In this document: positions 55,302 through 64,000 of the stretch, piece after piece
Layout: each line of letters opens with the position of its first letter
Numbering within the stretch: position 1 is the stretch's first letter
NCBI GenBank assembly: GCA_951406725.2
Contig: OX597831.1
Span: forward strand, 61,132,001-61,196,000
DNA length: 64,000 bases
Source of the DNA: Octopus vulgaris
Taxonomy: Eukaryota
Reading direction: 5' to 3'
The notes under the pieces: model-generated
Told to the model about the DNA's origin: nothing
Databases searched by the model: none
What the model saw: the letters and a program-made list of their open reading frames with translations, nothing else
Program-made: the position numbers and the translations under genes

Positions 55302-55710
55302 TATATATATCTCATATAGACCATTGGCCACATATATTTTGCTACATCAACAGAGCGTTGATTTTCTTCTGTAAATTATTAAACCTTAATGCTGACATCA
55401 TCAAAACCCAATTCAACTTTGATGGTAATTATTCTCAACCCAAATGATTTGCCATAAAGCACACACTTCTACAGAGAAGTCCCCACCATTTACCAACATT
55501 TGGATATACATTTCAAATCTTGGCTCAGGTAATTTTGTATAAACACCAAGAAATTTGTGGAAAGTTAAATTATAATTGTTTATTCAATGTAAAGTATTTT
55601 AGTCGAATCACTTTCTTGCTACGCAGGGCTTCACACGTAAAAGCACAGGAACTTGATGTCCAGGAACTTCAGGCAAGAGACTGATTAGACCAAAATAACA
55701 CACACACTCG

Positions 55711-55930
55711 TATGTATGCATGCATATATTTATGTATGTATGTATTTATGTATGTATGTATGTATGCATGTATGTATGCATGTATATATGTATGTATGTA
55801 TGTATGTATGCATGTATATATGTATTTATATATTTATGTATGTATGTATGTATGCATGCATATATTTATGCATGTATGTATGTATGCATGTATATATGTA
55901 TTTATATATGTATGTATGTATGTATGTATG
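55711..55930. repeat. (TATG)n-type microsatellite
   Basis: Seen directly. Confidence 0.95.
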
Positions 55931-58900
55931 GATGGAGAAGGGATGCTGAATTTACTTTGTTGCTGCCAAGTTCTATTACTTCTATTAATGAACATTCGAT
56001 AATATAATTAGGAGACTCCACTTAGTCGTATAAAATGCCGGATGAATGGTTTTATTATTATTATATTTCCCTTGGCGCAAACAGAAAAGCATTTTTTTTT
56101 TTTCACATAAGATACAGCCATGGAATACATTTTCTAATATTCTTTTTCGTAAAGATATTAATGTAATATATTAAAAATCGGCAGTTCCATGTTACGTACA
56201 TGTTTCATCGACCAGATTACGGAAAACAAAGAGAATCACGGCAGAGTAACCTCAGTTTACACACGAGACAACCTCAGATCTAAACTAATGAATTGATTCT
56301 GAGTTCCACCAACTTTTGTCATACGAGACACAGTTTCAGTCCAATATAAAGCTATGTAGTTGAGAATGTATTTGCCTATAATGCTTTGATGCAGTACATT
56401 GTAATGTGTACCAAATTATAAAATAATTATAGTTTCATGTATATCAGTTTAAAATTTGCAGGTATGTTGCTGTAGCTGTTGTTATTCTATAGCTGCATGC
56501 CAGCCCTGAACAAAAAGTACGATGATCGATGAAAAACATTCGGGGCATTACAAGGACTACATCATATGATAGGCTTCCATCTCTGTTTTAAGACGATAAT
56601 ACTTGATGTGAAGTATACGTGGCATCTGTTTCTAGCACATTGCAGTGATATAGTGAATAGTTTGTATCAACAAATAAAACTGATCCAGCGATTAGTTGCC
56701 GAAATAACCAGACATTAGAAATAAAATAGCCATGAATGCTGACAAAATTATTGAAATAAAATTTAATTAAATAAGCAGGAATTATTTTGATAGGAATAAC
56801 TACTTTATGATACGTTGGCATCTGCAAGTGCAATCATTTTTGACAACTGATCTAACAATAAGAGCAATGTTAATAGATTCTGTCATCTATTTCCTGTAGA
56901 AATAATGTTTGCTTTTCATCAAAACAAATAAATGTTTGTAAATGTTTATAACTAAAGGTAATTATTCGAACTGTACAAGCTGTCTGCAATAAAATTATTA
57001 GTAGTAAATATTATGGAGGAAAATTATTTTCAAAGAATACTAGTATTCGAGATATGTTCTCAAATGAAACAGCAGAAAGATGTAATGAATAATTGGATAC
57101 ACAAACAATTGTATAATAAACATTTCAGCTAATTCTGTGCGAGATGTAGAAGGAATCATCGGTTAAAATACAGGTTTATTCTTCTCACTGGGGATGAACA
57201 AAATCTACTGCAACTCGACATTTTAAAACTTCTTACAATAATTTATTTTATTATTTAGTGCTTATCCGCTCACCTGATTATTTAGATCAATCAAGGACAC
57301 TTGTTTCTGAATGTAGATGCATTTTGATCAACATTTCGAAGCTGGAGATGAATAAGAGACGATAATACGGATTAGTGACCACGTCGACAAACAGAACTAC
57401 TGTATAGTTCTTGTTCGAGGATGAGGGATTTTGGGAAAAGACCTAATCAACATCTAAGATGTTTGTTAAACAAGGCTCAGCGAGGAACAAATTTCTCATC
57501 ATCTTTGGCTGATTGAAATTGTCTGCTGACACCTTGGCTCATCCGAATGCGAGATGAGAGAAGTTAACTTCTTGCACATTACTCGAGTCATCTTGTAACA
57601 AATCTTGAGTTTCTGCTCTTTCGCTTCTTCAAAAAGGGACGTTTTATAAAGATCAAGTGTCCATTAAGCTGACAACAATGTCTTCAAACAAATCTCTGTA
57701 AAATGTTCGTAATAATGCTGAAACTGCAGTAATTACAGATATTCTGGATTGTGAGTAATTGTGATGATACTTTCACAGACTCGTTTTTTGGGGCATCGAA
57801 GAGAATGAAACGCTATATTCGGATGACATTCTACCTTTTGACCATGTATAATCTCCGTGAATTTTTGGCTTTGCTATGGTACTAAGTGGCATTTCTTTTT
57901 TTCAAGACAAAATCTACATTCACGGAGCTAATCAATTAATCCTGTTCCAGAGGAACACGCACAGTGACAGAACCATTTTACACGTACCCGTTCATTGTTC
58001 GAACATTGATGACTTGTGAACCAAGATGTTGTTAATATCTTTTGGTAGGTGACGGAGGGACCTTGATTTCTGAAGGGCTTATGTTCTGGTTAGTGAGCGC
58101 AGACAGATTGGTAACTTCACCTAATTACTTTGGGGAAAGAGGTTCAGTGTGAATGTGATTAAAATTAATGAAGACAATCTCCCTTTCTCTCTCTCACACC
58201 CACTCTCTTTCTCCATCTCTCTTTCTCCCTCTCTATCTCCCTCTTTCTACTCTCATACGCACACACAGACGTTCACACACTCACATACATACAACACATT
58301 ATTATGAAACAGTCAAATATCATGTGCGTATAGTAGAAAGTATTATTATTATTATTGTTGTTGTTGTTGTTATTTCACATTCCCATTCGATCGGTCGCAC
58401 ATCAACTTTCTCAAATAAAATTTTGAGCAGGTGTTGAGGGTCAAGAAATGCCAAATCCTCCAGAAAAGAGGGGTTCTGATAGAGAGTTAATCTGGAAAAT
58501 GCAACATGAAATTCTCATATCATCAGCATCAAGAGATTCATTGGCACTGTTCAAAATCACTGTTGTTCTCCATGAGCTCATACTTACAGACAAGAACTTT
58601 CGCAGAGTAGGCGGTATTTTATACATTTCCAGATATTTCTTAACCCAGTTATGTGGTAGACGATCAAAAACTTTCTTATAGTCAATCTAGGCTATCAACA
58701 AAATTTTGTGTCGTTTAGTAGCTAATCTTTACTACCATAGGGCCCATGATTACATCCTTTTTGCTCATTAGGGAATATGCAACGTTTTAGGTCGAATTTG
58801 CTTTTCATTCTTTCGGGGTTGATAAAATTAGTAACAGTTACACACTGGAGCCGATGCAATCACCTTAATCCCTTCCCCAAAATTTGGGACCTTGTGCTTC

Positions 58901-58957
58901 CAGTAATTCTTCTTCTTCTTCTTCTTCTTCTTCTTCTTCTTCTGCTTCTTCTTCTTC

Positions 58958-59082
<125 letters not shown>

Positions 59083-59634
59083 GAGTGAGAGAGCAGTGCA
59101 TGCCATCAAAGTGACACTGGGGTAAAATATACGAAGCCCAATATACCCATCATGACTACCCGTCTGATAAAGGTACACCAGGCACATGCATCACAACCAT
59201 ATGTGCGCGACATGGTGATCTCATATCAAGATAAACAGCACATGACCTTGCAGGTGGGGCCCAGTTAGAATTTTCTTCAGGTTGAGTAGCCCATCCCGCT
59301 CAAGCGGTCTCTGAATAAGGGTTGTTTAAGGATGTTGAAAGAACCACCCATGTTTCCAGAGGTGAATTATTCAAACCCCAAAGAATCCCCCCAACACATG
59401 GCCATGATGCTCCCCCACTACTTCTGCTCGTGATCAGAGATGCACATATCGTCAGCCACTAAGGGACATGCTCAACTGGTTAAGGTCAAACAACTGACAA
59501 GCAAGTCTGTGGTATTGAGCAGAATATTTGCTGTAGCCCATCTTTATACCAAGACAAAACAATGTACATGATAACACTTCCAATCAGTTAAGATCAGAAG
59601 CCATGAGAGCCACTGCCTGGTACTGCATCAGGGC
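59083..59634 (-). mobile_element. Non-coding ~550-bp element inserted in (TAA)n
   Basis: Complex, GC-richer sequence flanked on both sides by long (ATT)n tracts, next to R4/Dong copies; strand is inferred. Confidence 0.55.
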
Positions 59635-59778
<144 letters not shown>

Positions 59779-59785
59779 CATTATT

Positions 59786-59880
<95 letters not shown>

Positions 59881-59884
59881 CATT

Positions 59885-61038
59885 CAGTAGTTTTATTTTA
59901 ATAACGTGCTTTCACTTCACTACCGAGCGCAGGGTATGTGTTGTGTTTTGTTGTGATGTTCTGATGGTTACTGTATTGAAAGTTGTTTTGCGTAGGGTGT
60001 GTGCAGTGCCAAGTAGTGCAATTTTCTGTATGTTATATGTGTTGTAAGTCCTGGTGTTTTTGTTATATATTTGTCTGAATGTTTTTTTATCATGCCTAAT
60101 GCACCTACTATGATAGGAATTGTTTCTGTTTTTAGATTCCACATTCGAGTTACCTCTATTTCCAGGTCTTTGTATTTTGAAAGTTTCTCCATTTCTTTTA
60201 GAGAAACGTTGTCATCTGCTGGTATTGATACATCAATTAGAAAGCATTTTTTTCTTCATGATCTCTGACAACTATATCTGGTCTGTTGGTCTTAATTTTT
60301 CTATCTGTCTGTATTAGCATATCCCAGAGTATGGTTGCTTTCTCGTTTTCTGTGACCTTTTCTGGTGTGTGCCTATACCATCTTTTTTCCGTTGTTATTC
60401 CATAATGTTAGCATAGCTTCCAGTGTATGTAGCTCCCAACTCTGTTGTGTCTGTGAATATATTCCTTCTTAGCCAGGAGTGGGCAGCCAGAGATAATATG
60501 ATTTATTGTTTCTTGTCCATCCCCACATATTCTGCAGTTACTTGTTATATTTCTTTTCATTACATGTTTTTGGTAATTTCTGGTGGGGAGGCTTTGGTCT
60601 TCTGCTGAAATTAAAAATCCCTCTGTCTCTGCTTTGAGTCCTGAGCTTCTCAACAATTGCTGGAATTTTTCTTTGTCTATTTATTTTGCATTTAGTTTAG
60701 TCCAGTACTTGCCATGAAGGGGCTTTTCTTGCCATCGTTTATCATGGTCCGTTGCTGTTCTAGTTTTAGTTTTGATTTCATTTGCTTTATAGCGTTTGTT
60801 GTTGCTTCTTCATCATCATCATCATCATCATCATCTTCTTCTTTTTTTTCTTCTTCTTCTTCTTCTTCTTCTTATTCTTCTTCTTCTTCTTCTTCTTCTT
60901 CTTCTTTGTTAGGTGGTATGATTTCTTGTTTGTATTTGTCAGCTTCCTTAAATACTGAGAACAATTCTTTGTTTTGCTCGTGTTATGCCGCTATTTGTAT
61001 CAGTTTCCTTGCTTCTGAAGTAGGTATTTTTGCAGTCC

Positions 61039-61039
<1 letters not shown>
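59885..61039 (-). mobile_element. 5'-truncated R4/Dong-like non-LTR retrotransposon (RLE type), copy A
   Basis: CRICGDGQETINHIISGC zinc knuckle, RHNRV, RPDIVV, LIDVSIP, EKLSKYKDL restriction-like endonuclease motifs; stops and frameshifts; (TAA)n flanks. Confidence 0.9.
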
Positions 61040-61118
<79 letters not shown>

Positions 61119-61121
<3 letters not shown>

Positions 61122-62630
61122 TAGTTTTATTTTTATAGCGTGCTTTCACTTCACTACCGAGCGCAGCTCTGTGTGCCTTGGGTATGTGCTGTGATTTGTT
61201 GTGATGCTCTGATGGTTATTGTATGGAAAGTGTTCTGCGTAGGATGTGTGCAGTGCCTAGTAGTGCAATTTTCTGTATGTTATATGTGTTTGTAAGTCCT
61301 GGTGTTTTTGTTATGTATTTCTCTGAATATTTTTTTATCATGCCTAATGCACCTACTATGATAGGAATTGTTTCTGTTTTCAGGTTCCACATTCTAGTTA
61401 CCTCTATTTCCAGGTCTTTGTATTTTGAGAGTTTCTCCATTTCTTTTAGAGACACGTTGTCATCTGCCGGTATTGATACATCAATTAGAAAGCATTTTTT
61501 TCTTCATGATCTCTGACAACTATATCTGGTCTGTTGGCCTTAATTTCTCTATCTCTGTGTATCGGCATATCCCAGAGTATGGTTGCTTTCTCGTTTTCTG
61601 TGACCTTTTCTGGTGTGTGCCTATACCATCTTTTTTCTGTTGTTATTCCATAATGTTGGCATAGCTTCCAATGTATGTAGGTTTCAACTCTGTCATGTCT
61701 GTGAATATATTCCTTCTTAGCCAGGAGTGGGCAGCTAGAGATAATATGATTTATTGTTTCTTGTCCATCTCCACATATTCTGCAGCTACTTGTAATATTT
61801 CTTTTCATTACATGTTTTTGGTAATTTCTGGTGGGGAGGCTTTGGTCTTGTGCTGAAATTAAAAATCCCTCTGTTTCTGCTTTGAGTCCTGAGCTTCTCA
61901 ACCATTGCTGGGATTTTTCTTTGTCTATTTATTTTGCGTTTAGTTTAGTGCAGTATTTACCATGAAGGGGCTTTTCTTGCCATCGTTTTATCATGGTCTC
62001 GTTGCTGTTCTAGTTTTAGTTTGGATTTCATTTGTTTTATAGCTTTTGTTGTTTCTTCATCATCTTCTTCTTCTTCTTTGTGTTTATTAGGTGGTATGAT
62101 TTCTTGTTTGTATTTGTCAGCTTCCTTAAATACTGAGAACAGTTTTTTGTTTTGCTCGTCTTTTGCTGCTATCTGGATCAGTTTTCCTTCCTTCTGAAGT
62201 AGGTATTTTTGCAGTCCTATGGTGGTTATTTTATAGTAGTTTTCCAGCTGTATAAGGCCTCTACCACCTTCTATACGTTGTATATATAGTCTTTCTATGT
62301 CAGATTTTGGGTGATGCATCCTAGATCCTATTCAGTATTTTTTCTTGTTTTCCTATCTATTTTGGACAGTTCATTTCGTGTCCAGTTAAGGATATTGTAG
62401 CTGTAACTTATAACTGGGACAGCTAAAGTGTTGATACCTATTATCTTGTTTTTAGCATTGAGCTCTGTTTTTAGTATTGATCTAACTCGTCTATAATATT
62501 CTTTTTTTATTTTCTGTTTCATTTGTGTGTGTTGTGTCTTATCTAGTTCATGGATTCCTAAGTATTTGTAAGTTTGGCTTTGGTCTAATTCTTTTATTTC
62601 ATTGGTTTTATCTAGTGTGATGTTGTTACT
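61119..62630 (-). mobile_element. 5'-truncated R4/Dong-like retrotransposon, copy B
   Basis: YKYLG RT C-terminus, HHPKSDIERLYI.R.EGGRGL, CCHC knuckle, WDMPIH.DREIKANRPDIVV; same 3' end as copy A; (TAA)n flanks. Confidence 0.92.
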
Positions 62631-62665
62631 TATTATTATTATTGTTATTATCATTGTTATTGTTA

Positions 62666-62715
<50 letters not shown>

Positions 62716-62870
62716 GTTATTGTTATTGTTATTATTATTATTATTGTTATTGTTATTGTTATTGGTATTATTATTATTGTTATTGTTGTTGCTATTGTTA
62801 TTATTATTATTATTATTACTTGTAGTAGTGGTGGTGGTGGTGGTGGTGGTGGTAGTAGTAATAGTAGTAT
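62631..62870. repeat. (ATT/GTT)n then (GGT)n/(AGT)n microsatellite
   Basis: Seen directly. Confidence 0.95.
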
Positions 62871-64000
62871 GAAGAGCTGGCAAAAACATTAGAGCGTCAG
62901 AAGAATGCCGTGCGGGATTACTTCGTTACGCTCTCAATTCCAGTACATCTGAGGCAAACGTTACCATTCCTCCATCCGTTGTCGATAGAATGGGTCATTA
63001 GTGAGCTGGTTGATTCGGTGTAATCAACTGAATCTTCTCCGAAATTGCTTCCGTTGTGCCTAAATTAAATCAATTATTAATATTGCTGTTGCTGTTAATA
63101 CTATTTTGTTATTAATTATTCATATTTCAATTACGAGTATTTACTCCGTTATGTGCTGCTTTGTGTGCTTTGGGAGGGAGTAATAGTTTTTTTTTTTTCT
63201 TGTCTTATGTTCAGAATAGTCTACGTAATATGAGTGCGATGCGTACTTTTGTTTTTTTTTTTTAATGCAGTTCATATTCGATTCGGGGTCTTGGCGTTTT
63301 GGCTCTGTATTTAATCATCATATATAACACATTGATCCTTTTTGCAGATCCCTTCTTTGACTTATCTTCTTGCAGATGTTGATATAATTATTGTTATTCT
63401 TCAACAGAAAGTAACGATTTTGTGTATACTTTTCATTAGTAATTTAACTAATTCCTTCTGTTGCCTTTTGTTTGGAATTAAGCAGCCATTGGATGCACCA
63501 TGTTACCTATTTTAGCCCCCATAAAGAAAGCATTTCGTTTTTTATTTCTTTTATTGTTTAGTTTTCAAATGCTTCGGTAATGATAAAAATGACACTTAAT
63601 ACTATTATGGAAGGAACAGAAAAAAAGATAGACTGTGATGATGCTCTAACTCATTCAAACAGAGTATAACTACTTTGTTACGTTACAGCAGTCAACAACG
63701 TCAGTAATGCCAGCCATGCAACGACCACTCCAAGCAAAACTAGCGACAGAAATGTTTAAAATGCTTGAGTTATTGATAATATCATTTTAGTTTGTAGAAA
63801 CTTAACGGCTTCTACCTCAACCACTAATGCAATGTTTAAAGCAATCGGTATCAGCTTCAGCAACGACAGCAATAACAGAACCAGCAGCAGGATTTCATTA
63901 AGATCACAAACAACAGTAACACTAGCAAAAAAAATAACAATTTCACGGCTAACCCCACAAATTCTACCGCCACCAGTAACTGCAAATTCAGTAATAGCTG

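Noticed and set aside
57280-58150. Coding exon on the minus strand
   Set aside because: Frames examined are interrupted by stops and show no recognisable motif

Overview
AT-rich, repeat-dense eukaryotic genomic DNA. I found no intact host protein-coding gene, and nearly all long ORFs in the track are microsatellite read-through. The tRNA-derived SINE families, the very long (TA)n/(CA)n/(ATT)n tracts and the (CCCTAA)n motif suggest an octopod cephalopod genome (inference). The window is a mosaic of several tRNA-derived SINE families, CR1-like, RTE-like and R4/Dong-like LINE remnants, Penelope-like element pieces (GIY-YIG fragment plus hammerhead-like termini), mariner derivatives, Helitrons and several MITE/foldback elements. 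The most notable observations are: (1) a ~3 kb block at 32.25-35.27 kb of two convergent, stop-riddled reading frames resembling a class II fusion glycoprotein and a bunyavirus-like L polymerase, a candidate endogenous segmented negative-strand RNA virus; (2) a 139-bp near-perfect palindrome encoding a type I hammerhead ribozyme fold on each strand; (3) a tandem cluster of (TAA)n-targeting retroelements; (4) 8-bp-TSD MITEs carrying telomere-like repeats; (5) a template-switch-like inverted duplication between SINEs. All family assignments are by eye and need database confirmation.
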